Below, in pieces: positions 52,321-64,000 of a stretch of 64,000 nucleotides of DNA. The position numbers were made by a program, and so were the translations under genes. The notes below the pieces were generated by a model, which was not told the DNA's origin, searched no databases, and saw nothing but the letters and a program-made list of their open reading frames with translations. The stretch is from the human T2T-CHM13v2.0 reference genome, Homo sapiens: assembly GCF_009914755.1 (NCBI RefSeq), contig NC_060926.1. The stretch is one strand, 5' to 3'. Positions within the stretch are counted from its first letter, which is position 1. The number at the start of each line of letters is the position of its first letter.

Positions 52321-52740
52321 AGCAGGTAAGTGAATCAAGATCTGCAAATGGGCCAGTGAACAAGAGAAGAAGCTGGCAGTGGGGAGCTGAAGAAATAAAC
52401 GTGGGGGCAGCACAAAGCAGAACACACCTCGGCTCTGGGACCGATTGATGCTCAGAACAGGAAAGACAGAGTAAGCAGAATCAAGTAGTCCCGTAGCAAG
52501 GACTGGGTGGGAGGACAGGTCAGGGGCACTCTGGGGGATGCACAGAAGGCAAGTGAATCTCCATTTCTGAATCAAAGTGGTTTCCATGTTTCTTTATGTC
52601 AACTGAAGATTATTTGTTTTTAGATCTTCTTCCTATTTATGTGCTTAATCTTCAGTTACTGGTTTCACCTGAATTCTAAAAATTACTTAAATTGGTTTAG
52701 CTTTTAGTTGGAGACTTTGGGGTTGATGGATACCCTACAG

Positions 52741-52966
52741 TCATGGTTCTCAAACCTGAGGGTGCATCACCATCCCCTGCAGAGCTTGGTTAAAAAACAA
52801 ACAAACAACAACAACAAACACACACACATACACACAAATTGCTGGACCTACCCCTGAAGTTTCTGACTCAATGACTCCAAGTCAACGTCTGAGAATTTGC
52901 CTTTTTAACTGGTTTCCCAATGAACCTGACACTGCTGGCCTGCAGATCCCAGTTTGAGAAACACTG
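52741..52966. mobile_element. MER5A hAT MITE with internal (AAC)/(CA) repeats
   Basis: Termini tggttctcaaac…gtttgagaaacactg; 8-bp TSD c(c/a)ctacag. Confidence 0.8.
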
Positions 52967-53265
52967 CACTACAGTACAAATTCTTTACTTTTCCAGCAAT
53001 ATTAAGTAAGCCAAGCAATGTTTACTTGGGAAAGAAGTATGTGGAATTCTACTAATGGCTCAAAAGCAGTTGCAGATTTCCCAAGAAACTCAGTTTAAGC
53101 TCCACTGTCATCATTTGCATGGGCCACTGCCAAGACTCTGTACCTAATTTTGAGCTCATAGAATTGTGTTTTCTTTCTTATAGATCCCTGCTTCCCAGCC
53201 CCCACCACCAATTATTTGTATAAGCTTCAGGCTCCACATACTGTTGGCCTGCCCTTGCTCCAAAA

Positions 53266-54436
53266 CTCTCTCTCTCTCTCTTTATGTGTATATATATATT
53301 AAATATATATATTTATATATATTTAATATAAATATATTTTAATATAAATATATATTTATATATTTTATATAAATATATATATTTATATATTTTTATATAA
53401 ATATATATATTTATATATATTTATATAAATATATATATTTATATATATTTATATAAATATATATATTTATATATATTTATATAAATATATATATTTATAT
53501 ATATTTATATAAATATATATATTTATATATTTATATAAATATATATATTTATATATATTTATATAAATATATATTTATATATATTTATATAAATATATAT
53601 ATTTATATATTTATATATATTTATATTTATATATTTTTATATAAATATATATTTATATTTATATATTTTTATATAAATATATTTATATATTTATATAAAT
53701 ATATATTTATATATTTATATAAATATATATTTATATAAATATATATTTATATATTTATATAAATATATATTTATATTTATATATTTTTATATATATTTAT
53801 ATATTAATATAAATATATATTTATATTAATATATGAATATATTTATATATAAATATATAAATATATTTATATATAAATATATAAATATATTTATATATAA
53901 GTATATAAAATATATAAATGTATTTATATATAAATATATAAAATATATAAATATATTTATATAAATATATAAAATATATAAATATATTTATATAAATATA
54001 TAAAATATATAAATATATTTATATAAATATATAAAATATATAAATATATTTATATAAATATATAAAATATATAAATATATTTATATATAAATATATAAAA
54101 TATATAAATATCTTTATATATAAATATATAAAATATATAAATATCTTTATATATAAATATATAAAATATATAAATATCTTTATATATAAATATATAAAAT
54201 ATATAAATATATAAAATATATAAATATATTTATATATAAATATATAAAATATATAAATATATTTATATATAAATATATAAAATATATAAATATATTTATA
54301 TATAAATATATTTATATATAAATATATAAAATATATAAATATATTTATATATAAATATATAAAATATATAAATAAAAATATAAAATATAAATATATATTT
54401 CTATATATAAATTAAATATATATATATTTAATTTAA
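53266..54436. repeat. (CT)n followed by a ~1.15 kb AT-only minisatellite
   Basis: Only 7 G/C bases between 53289 and 54436; sub-arrays with 28-, 31- and 33-bp periods. Confidence 0.98.
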
Positions 54437-57400
54437 CTCTCTGGAGAGCCTTGGGTTTTTTAAAGTAGCCAAAGTCCTTGCCTATCTGTCCTTCCTTGGA
54501 ATCATATCAGTTTCACAACACTTTCAGCCCCCATCTACTTTAGAACACCCCTTCTCTAGAATAGCTCGCAGCCTGGCTCCCACTGTCTCCCCTCTCCTGC
54601 TGTTCTCTCGTCTCTCCTCTAGCCTTCGTTATTGAGCAAGTTGTCCCCACTGAATTCCTGATTTTTCTGTAGGATAGTAGCACATTGTGTCCTTGTGCCT
54701 CCATTAATTTGTCAGCATTGTTATCGGTTCTGCAGCCTAGATTATTAAAGTGTAGGAGTAGTAATAGTTTAAGCCACCGTTAACATGAATCCCATCTATT
54801 TATACATGAATAGCTACCTTCCCACAATGGTATGTATGCTTATTTTGTATAGGTTGATTTCGCTGATATTCCTGGATTTTTGCTGATGTATTAGGTGTCA
54901 GTCCAATATATCATGATAAAAGAAAATCAGAGCTCAATAGGGATACCGTGGCTTGTAATGGAGAGAGCAGAACAACATTCTCATAAAGGCTTAGAAATAT
55001 CTTCTAAAGAAGTGTGCTCTAGGAGCAATAGGAATATCTGTATTATTGTCTGACAAATTCTGTGGAGCACTTTGTCAAGGATGACAGCACAGAATAGGAT
55101 CAATTTGAAACATGCATTTATACAATATGAGTAGAGGACCCCAAAGTTCTTAAATGACGTGAGCACATGCAAGCCTTCAAGACAGCTTTGCATTGTCAGC
55201 CGAAGGATGCTCCAAGGCCAGCATCAGCATTATTAACAGAGCTATGTAAAGACACCTTCCTGGATCAAATGTGCCAGGATTTTTACACACTTATTTGTTT
55301 CACTGTTCATCTCCATTTGTTCCTAATTTCTGCATATAAGCACAAGGTAGAGGGGATCTGAGATGAAACTTTGTTTCTGATCAACTACAAAGAAGTTTTC
55401 TAGCATCTGTTGAGCTCAGCTAGTAAGCACAATTTATAAAACAGGGGATGACTAACCCCTGTAACCATTTTAATGACCCTAAAATAAAGTGCTTAGAGCA
55501 ACATCTGTCCCAGCAGCTGGGTTCTCTGCATGAGTGGGCAGAGCGACACATTGGGACAAATTCTGTTCTCCCTTTTGACAGAAACAATTGCAGCAGATCA
55601 TTTTTATCGTAATCAATTTAGGTACAGTTTCTTGGAAACCATCTGTGTAGTGTTCATAGATTGTGCTTAAGAATTTAAATGTGTATATTTTTGGTCGCTT
55701 GATGTAGCATCTGCTAATGGCCACATAAGTTCCACTTTTTATGCAGAAAGCTGTTTCCTTGTAAAGGGATTAGTAGAATGACTACTTGATTTTATCCTTT
55801 TAACTACCCAATAAGCTTCTGCAGTTTGAATGACATCCGCCACAGAGTGTTAGTTGTGGAATTAATTGCTTAAAAAAAAAATAGAAAGTGGAATTGGAAT
55901 TATAAGACCAACAAAGGCTCAGTGAAACATTTTCATGTATTTCTATCTCTAGCTCATAATTTTAAATTAATATGGTTGTATGCGGGCAATTGAAACTAAA
56001 GAAAAGCATAGCTTTTGATAACAACTCTTTTTCTTCCATTTTTTTCCAGTATTCATTTGTGGCTTTACAGCTATTAGTTAAATAACTATGAAGAAATCAA
56101 ATGGCGAAATCAGCCAACATTGACTTTAGCTTTGAGAATAATTTTAGAATCATATTAAAAGATAATTGATCTTAAAATACAAGATAATGAAAACTGAGTG
56201 GCTTTGGCGCAGATGTAAAGGATTTACCTAAAAAATGCTGTCAGCTATATTTTGGGGATGAAATGGATTCCATAATGTACCTGAGTCTTGACAACACATT
56301 TCGAACAGAGAGATTTCTAGTCTTGCTTGAGAATTACTTGTGAATTTAGAAAATATGTCACTATCCAGATAATCTAGAATAACGTAGGATTTCCATGGTT
56401 TGGAAAAAAAATGTTTTTTTCTCTGATAACAAGCATGCTTGGCTTCTTCTCTACTCAAAGTATTTGAAAACACTAAACCACAAAACTAACTAGATCACCA
56501 ACTGGCTAAATAATTAAATAAACAAAATAATGCCAGAATTCAAATTATATGAGAGTATACAAGCCTTAAGCTTGCACACTTTTTATTTGGATAGAATACG
56601 AAGCAGAAATTTAGAAGGAGTATATGTAGGTTTTATATTCAACTCTACAAACACATATTAAGTGCCTATTACATATGTGTGAAGTGCTGGAGTTACAAGA
56701 TGAGTGAGAAGCAGTTCCACCGGTGAGGTGTTTCCCAGCGAGTGTAGAGGAAAAAGCAATCTGGAACCGGAGTGGTTTCCTCTGTGTTCTCAAGGTTCTA
56801 TTACGGATGTACCTCAATTTGGCACAAACTCTGAGTAGTTAGTGCAGCAATCAACCTGATCGTATTCATCTATTTTCCATTTACTCCCCTGTGGTGAAAG
56901 GTCTTGGTTTTCAAAAGAGTAAATAGTGAATTGATTGTGATTGTATGCAGGTGATCCTAATAATAATTATTATTTATTAAGTTGGTTGTATGTCTTTGCA
57001 TTAGGTAATTGATCCACTAATAGAATGTGAAATTAGGACTGCTAATAAAAATGTTTCTTTGTTAATTTCCGTCCCTGAAGTTTGCAAATTGTGTACTCAC
57101 CAAAGCGTGAAGAAAGAAAGAGAAAGATGTTGGTTACACAGGGTTGAGTTCACAACAAGCACAATAGAGGGGACGGATCGAATTTTCCAAGGAGGTTTTT
57201 GCTATAGATAATTTGAGTGTATTTCAGGAAACATATTAGCAGAAGTAATTTATGGTAAGTTCTGAATATGGCAGGAGGTGAGATTACTTCAAGCATGTGC
57301 CATTTTTGGCTCCCTGGTCTAGAGAAGTTCTTTCTACCCAAACTATCAATCAGCTAAATTATTTTCAAACTTAATTAGATGAAAGAATTTGGTCCTATGA

Positions 57401-58283
57401 TTTGAATGTGCTGGAAGGTGTCCAGGCTACTAGAAACGTCATTTCAATAATACTCTTCTATGCCATCTGTAAGAATCACACCAAACAGACTTAATGCAGA
57501 TGAACATAATACAAAACAGAACCTACAGCCGAAGAGGGAAACAGAGTTCATGAAGACATACACAAGCACACACGGGCACACACGAACACACACACACCTC
57601 GGATCCTGTGGAAACACAAAACTATATGTAGGGGCCACATACAAAGTGAGCAGTGGCAGGCAGGAAAGAAACTTAAAGAAGAGGCTTCCTCCATTTTGAG
57701 ATCAACATTCCTCCAAAAATAATTTTGTATTTAAAGCTTCCAATTATTCTTTTGTCAGATTGTCTTTTGGGATGTGGTCCTTCAGAGAAGTATATTTTTT
57801 TCATTTAGATGGATGTGTGTGTGTGTTTGTGTTTCTAAGTGTGTGATGTCAATATTCAGTCATAGTTTAAAACAGTGTTTCTTTTTTCAGGAATAGAAAT
57901 CAAAGGTTGTCTGGTGCTTTTGTAGAGAGACTTATGCCTAGTTACCAGCTTAGACTTGATTACCCAGCATCTTCTGGGGCATGGAAGGTGGGAGATTTGA
58001 TACATATAATATGTCTACACAGACACAAATACTCCCAGATAGACAGAGATGGGCATTGTGAGAATGCCTGCTGTGGCTGTTTATGGAGGGAAAGACTCCT
58101 CTCAATTGGAAGATTTAGGAAGTCTTTGCACGAGACAGATAACATTTTGGGAAATTTTTCCTTGAAGGAGGGGTATTCTACTTGAGATGTACAAGACAGG
58201 TAGATTTGGATTTTCAGGTGATGAGAACAAAAGAAGCAAAAGTTAATAATTGCTGTATTGCTGTATCTTCTTGCTTTAGTAAA

Positions 58284-58576
58284 TTTTTTTTTTTTTGAGA
58301 CAGAGTCTCACTCTGTCGCCCAGGCTGGAGTGCAGTGGTGTGATCTTCGCTCACTGCAGCCTCCACCTCCCGGGTTCAAGCGATTTCCGGGCTCAGCCTC
58401 CCAAGTCGCTGGTACTACAGGCATGCACCACCATACCCAGTTAATTTTCATACTTTTAGTAGAGACCGGTTTCACCATGTTGGTCAGGCTGGTCTCAAAC
58501 TCCTGACCTCAAGTGATCTACCTACCTCGACATCCCAAAGTGCTGAGATTACAGGTATGAGCCACTGTGAGTGGCC
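58284..58576 (-). mobile_element. AluS (Sx/Sz-like)
   Basis: Full antisense dimer, T13 tail, ttagtaa(a)tttt duplicated at both flanks. Confidence 0.9.
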
Positions 58577-58666
58577 CGTATTAGTAATTTTTAATAGCTG
58601 AGGGCTGAAAACACCAAAGATCCTGGGAAGACTTAGCTCAATTCGAGGTTCACCATTGTGTAAAGC

Positions 58667-58853
58667 ATTGGTTCTCACACAGCACAGTTTCTCAGACAAG
58701 CAACATCAGAATCACCTGGACATTTCTTAGAAATGTAAATTCTAGGTCCCTACTCAAAACAAAACAGAAACTCAAGGGATAGGGGCCAGCAACCTAGGTT
58801 TTAACAAGCCCCACAGATGTGTCTAAATGCTCTCTAAACTTTGAGAAATGTAG
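58667..58853. mobile_element. MER5A
   Basis: cattggttctca…agcaacatcagaatcacctgga…ttagaaatgtaaattct…ttttaacaagccc…tttgagaa. Confidence 0.8.
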
Positions 58854-59485
58854 CATGAAACACTGCTAATAAACTGTCCCTTCTGTTGGCAGAACTTATT
58901 GATCCTTACCTTTCTTCCTTATAAAGTCAGGGCCGAGTTATCCGGCTTTTCATGTGCCTTCACAGAGAACACTGATAGGTGCTCATCACTGACTATATTT
59001 TTAGGGGACTTTTGGTAGTTAATCTTACTGATTATGTTTGCTGCTTTGATTTACAAAATAAAATATGGCAATTCAATGAGCTGGTACCATAAGGTCAAAA
59101 ATCACAACATCACCCTGCTAAGCTCATGACATCCCGTAACTCCAAGTGCCTTGGTGGGAAGGGGGAATCCAGTATGTGCTCAGGTGGATGTGACACACAG
59201 GTTAATTCCAGAATACTCATGGTGCTCAAGCTCTTTGCAGGCTCATCCCTTCAGTTACTACAGGACCCTCAAGGGACCGTCACATTCCCTGAGTGGTGCA
59301 GTTAGATGAGGTCAGTAGCTCTTCCAGGCATGGCAGACTAAAGGAGAAGTTTGTGCGGCTGAACATTGACCCAAAGCCGTGTTGCACTGGGTTTTGTTTC
59401 ACAGTGGGGAACTTGAGTTGAATGGCCTTCTGTGGCTCTCCCTTCTGATGCTCTGTTCCCTCCCACTTGGGGCTGGCCCTATCAA

Positions 59486-59564
59486 TTAGGTTGGTGCAAT
59501 AGCAATTGCTGCTTTCATCATACTTTTAATGGCAAAAACTGCAGTGACCTTTGCACCAACCTAA
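59486..59564. mobile_element. MADE1 mariner MITE
   Basis: 79 bp with inverted termini ttaggttggtgcaa…ttgcaccaacctaa. Confidence 0.93.
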
Positions 59565-59629
59565 CATACATAAAGGCAAGTTGCTAGTGGAATTGAGCTA
59601 CCTCCAGTTGGAGTCAAAGAATCTCAATG

Positions 59630-59960
59630 TTCAGCGTGCCCTTGGAGAGTGTGCGCTTCTACCCGCTCATTGTTGCGATTGCCAGACCGAAGGCCAGAAG
59701 GTGAGGGAGCTGGCCAAAGTCATTTGGATGGGAGACTGCAAAGATGGCGGTGGGTCGGCAGCTCAGTGTCGTTTCCCTGCAACATCCGCCTCCTCGAACA
59801 CAGACTATGCCAAACAGCCAAGAGTGAGAAGCTCGGCTGTTTCCGTGAACAAGTAGGTGACATAGTGCCCAGAGCGCACCGGGAGCGGGAGGGAGGAGAT
59901 CCACACGCCCCACCCAAAGGAAGCAGCTCCAGCCAGCTATGGCTACGTGAAGACATCGGC
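59630..59960. promoter_or_regulatory. Small CpG-rich patch with a YY1 motif
   Basis: About 18 CpGs in ~330 bp; AAGATGGCGG at 59741-59750. Confidence 0.35.
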
Positions 59961-60112
59961 CTGGGGTTGGCAGATCTTACTTTTTTTTTTTTTTTTTTTA
60001 ATGTGAAAGCTCCTGGTTTTTAAATGTTGTCTCAAATGAAAAATGATTGCGTGGGATAAACAAACATGTTTATAGGTCTGATGGGGGCCATGGGCCACCA
60101 GTTTGAAAACGC
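59845..60112 (-). mobile_element. MER102-like hAT-Charlie element
   Basis: cagctccagcc…gttggcagatctt…tgtgaaagctcctggtttttaaatgttg…catgggccaccagtttg matches the MER102 layout as I recall it. Confidence 0.6.
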
Positions 60113-61699
60113 CACCGTTTCAAGTGATGTTGTGCCCCACACTGTCTTTTCTCATTTTTTTCTCAGTTCACTTAGTTTGAAGCCATCCCTTTTCCAGCCC
60201 TCCTGCCTAGAGCAACATCTGCTCTTATCTCTATGACCTACTTTTGTTAGCACCATTCTTTTTGCCTGTTATGTAGAATGTTTCTTCCATATCTGGTCCA
60301 GCTGAAATCTCTTTTGAGATCCAAGTCACACCGCCACCGCGAAGCCTTCCTTGGCAGCCTAAACTGGTTAGGGACCCTGGCATTCTCAATAACCACCATT
60401 TCTGGTGCTCAGCAAGCAATCTATGGCAGGGGCGGGTCTACACAGAAGATTAGAATCACCTGGAGAAATCTAAGAGGCCCTGAAGTTCCAGCCTCACCTC
60501 CAGCAATTCGGGTTTAATTGGCCTTAGGTGGGATGTGGAGTTTTGTTTGTTTTCTTTTTTTTTTTTTCTCCCAAAGAAATTTCGTTTTGCTAGAGTTGAA
60601 AAGTATTGAGATGGATAATGATAAGTTACTCATGGGCATATTTTGATTAACCAGGTAGATCATAATTACCAAAAAAATCCCCACAAAGAGCAGGGAGGAG
60701 GTTTTATATTTATGTTTTTCCCACAAAGAAACCGATACAGTGTCTTACCTATAATAGATGTTCCATTCATGCACATATCAGCTGGCAGTTTATATTCCAC
60801 ACCAATGAGCATGCATTTTGCCTGAGCTGTTTGTAACTTTCTATGTTAAGGACTCTTGGGTTTCCACGTTGCAAAGTATAGTCCATTCATAAAATGGTCC
60901 AGGACAAGGAACTAGGATCATTATAACCAAAGCTGTTGCTTCTTTTCTTCTTTCTATTTTCTGATCTTAGCTGATGACCCTGGTCACAACAGCCTCAAAT
61001 AAACACTATTGGAAGAAGAAAGGGCTGTGTGTTCTTTGGGGGCAATGGGACAGGAGAAGAGTGATGCTCTGTACTGAATCCTTAGAATGTTGGTTAATGA
61101 GTCTTTAGAGTGTTGTCCCCCTTTTTGAGCCAGTAGTTTTGGTCCCAAGAATGAATACTAATAGCAGATATAAAATACCAAATTAACTCTGGGTGTGCAT
61201 AAATATTTATTGCAATGTTCCCTGTGATAACTAAAATTAAATAGCCAAAACGTCCAAATCTGCATGGTAAAATATTATGTATGTAGCCATTAAAAACATT
61301 TTTAAAAATTCTCCCTGGACTAGTATGCAGGTTGAACTGATTTTATAATAATATATTTATCTATTCAATCAAACACATATATATTGAAATCTACCATGTA
61401 CAAGGCACAAAGCTGTGGTATTCATAATCTAGACGGTATAGTTCTAAATATAGTGAAATGTTGCTGCTTTTATCAAAACACCTCAAATTTTTTCATCATA
61501 TTTTCTGAGTGGATTTGAGGAAAGACACTGAATGTCTATGTGTATTTTCTATTTACTTTTAATAATTTCACAGTAGCTAAAATAGCTTTTATTTTCTTTT
61601 AGGTTTCTTTCTTTAGGCTTATTTTCTGGGTAAGTTCCTCTGCAAGAAATAATTTGATTTCTTGGATTGTAAAAAGTTATATTTACTAATTCTATTTAA

Positions 61700-62115
61700 T
61701 GTTTTTGTTGATAGCTTGGATAGCTTAGAGATGAGAATAAAGGTAGGAAACAACTATCACTACCAGGTTTCCATCTTGAGCAACTGGCTAAATGGAGAAG
61801 ACTTTTAAAAAGATGGGAAGGCCTGTAAGTAAGCAGGATTGGGGATGAGAGAGTGGGGTCATGGGTTCTACTTGAGGCATTTAAAGTTTGAGATTTCTGT
61901 GAGACACCCAAGCTGAAATATAAAGGAGGCAGTTGGCTTTATAAGTACAAAGGCAGGAACTATTAATTGGAATCTCCAGTCTAGATCTGGTATTTAAAAC
62001 TCAAGGCATATGTGAGATCACACCTGTAAAGCATGGGACAGAAGCTATTAGAGGAGAAAAGTACTTAAGAAAGAGCTCTGAAGTGTTCCAGTGTTTAGTA
62101 TTTAGGAAGAATGGA
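61700..62115 (-). mobile_element. L2 fragment
   Basis: ccaggtttccatcttgagcaactgg…taaagtttgagatttctgtgagacacccaag…ggaggcagttgg. Confidence 0.7.
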
Positions 62116-62479
62116 AGAAAATATAAAATTTCATATATATGTTTATATACATATACATATGTGTTTATATATGTTTATATATTTCTCTCTCTTCTTATAC
62201 ATTATTCTTTTAGAGTACTTAACCCATTATTTTGTGTGTTTTCTCTGTTTATGTGTCTGTGTCTGCACTAGAATGTAACTCAGTGGCAAGCATCTTTTTC
62301 ACTCACCTCTGTATCCACATTGTTATTTGGTTGGATGCCAAGTAACAGATGGACGAATGAGTGACTCAGTGAATGAAAGACAGGAAGATGCCATATAAAA
62401 TACTGGAAGGTATGATCCAGGAACATATACAAACATTTTATCTTTTGACATAGGAGTTCTTATCCTCTTATCCCAGTAA

Positions 62480-64000
62480 TACAGTTATCATTCAACATTA
62501 GAATAACTTCCAGGGCATATTATAATCATATTATAGATGAAGTGATAAAAGCAATATGACTATCTTGGTAGAAGAAAAAACATTTGAAAAAATGTTCTTG
62601 TTTAAAGAACCATTGATAGCAATCTAGGAATACAAGTGTGATAAAATGTAACTACTCAAAATACAAAGAAAATGTTATATGTAATGGCAAAATTTTAGAA
62701 GCATTTGTATTTAAATTAGGAGCAAGAGAGATGTTCCTGGTATCATAATTGTCATTCAGTAATCTAATCCAATGCAATAAAACAAGAAAAAAAAACTACT
62801 AGAAGAGACAGTAGAATAATAATTTACAGGTAATTTTTTTACATAGAAAACCCAAGATGATGAACAAACTGTTAGAACTCAAAAAGATAGTTTAGTAAGT
62901 ATATTGGATTATAATCATATCTAAAACCCAATAGTGCTTTAATTCACAATTCATAACTAATTAGAATGTATAATAAAGTAAAAGTATGTCTTACAATATC
63001 AATTAATATTCATGAAAAATAAATGTAAGAAAAATGTGTGTTGACTTTATGAAAAAACTACAAAATGCTATTGAAAAAGACAAAAGATCTGAATAAACAG
63101 TGATATACCAAGAGTCAAGAAAATGTCAATTCTTTTCCAAATTCGCTGTAAACCCAATGGCATTCCAATAATCATCACAAGAGTTTTCATGGAATTAAAA
63201 AAAAATATGTAACAGAATCTAAAATTCATAGATGAAACTGAAGGTACAGATTAGCAAAAAAAGCTCAGGAATTAAAAAAAGCAAGGCCATAAATTATTCA
63301 ATAAAATATTCCTCAAGAATTTTTAATAAAACTAAAGTAAAATAAATAGTATTGTGTTGATGAAGTGATAGACAAATAGATTAGCAAAACGAAACAGGTT
63401 TTGGAAACTAACCAAAAGCAAAGGTGAGAACTTGGTGTGTTTTGGAGATCCAGAGAAAGGATATATTATTCAATAAATGACTTTTGGGAAATTGACTTTC
63501 CTTTTGGCTAAAAAGATGAAAATTAGACTCCCAAATTTATATGCATACATCTTCCACACATATATATTCCAAATGGATTAAATATGTAAACATGAAGACA
63601 AAATGTTGATTGTGTTAGAAGAAAACAGAGGAGACTACATTTATGACCCCCGAGTTTAAAAAAATAAAAGTCCTCAACAAGAAATAAAATGCACGACTCA
63701 TTAAGGAAATGATTAATCAATCAGACGACTAAACATTATTATGTCTATACAATAAAAGAAACCACAAGTTATACAACAAGCCAAAGCATGGAAGAAGTTA
63801 TCTACAAAACCCATAAAAGCCAAAAGACCAATAAACATATAATTGTACAAATTCCTATAAATCAATAAGAAAAAGAAACTAATAAAAATGACCAAAGACA
63901 TGAATAAGTGTAGGAAATTAATTTTAAATTAAGATATACAATAATGTGCAGTCTTATTTGTAATCAGAAAAAAATTCAAATTAAAGCAAGAAGAAGATGC
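62480..64000 (+). mobile_element. Old L1M (L1ME-like) ORF2 remnant, running off the window
   Basis: Degenerate sense ORF2 motifs (gaaaaaacatttgaaaaaat…; tacatagaaaacccaag; aaatgtcaattcttttccaaatt; tattcaataaatg…tgggaaattgact). Confidence 0.75.

Noticed and set aside
53289-54436. Regularly spaced 28-33 bp units superficially like a CRISPR array
   Set aside because: No unique spacers, eukaryotic context and no cas genes; it is a minisatellite.
61590-61636. Possible micro-exon (ttag|…ctgg|gtaagt)
   Set aside because: An isolated splice-like pair in T-rich sequence next to old repeats, with no neighbouring exons to support it.

Overview
This is primate genomic DNA, most likely human or another catarrhine: it carries AluJ/S/Y, L1PA, THE1 and an LTR2/HERV-E solo LTR. 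It is AT-rich and looks intergenic or deep-intronic. I find no credible protein-coding exon, RNA gene or CRISPR array; the long ORFs in the track come from LINE-1, Alu, LTR or simple-repeat sequence. Much of the window is nested interspersed repeats. Subfamily names are from my recollection of consensus sequences, not a RepeatMasker run, and boundaries of old L1M/L2/MIR copies are approximate. I did not find a convincing new biological system. The most notable structures are: (1) an ancient two-LTR (LTR40-like) provirus whose ~1.6 kb interior contains a decayed gamma-type env and no recognisable gag/pol; (2) a tail-less internal L1PA ORF2 fragment with a perfect 12-bp duplication at a non-endonuclease site; (3) two 5'-inverted L1s with large gaps, one with an inverted copy of its own target site; (4) a 1.15-kb almost pure AT palindromic minisatellite; (5) a 280-bp pure-purine GGAA higher-order repeat; and (6) two small CpG-enriched promoter/enhancer-like patches.
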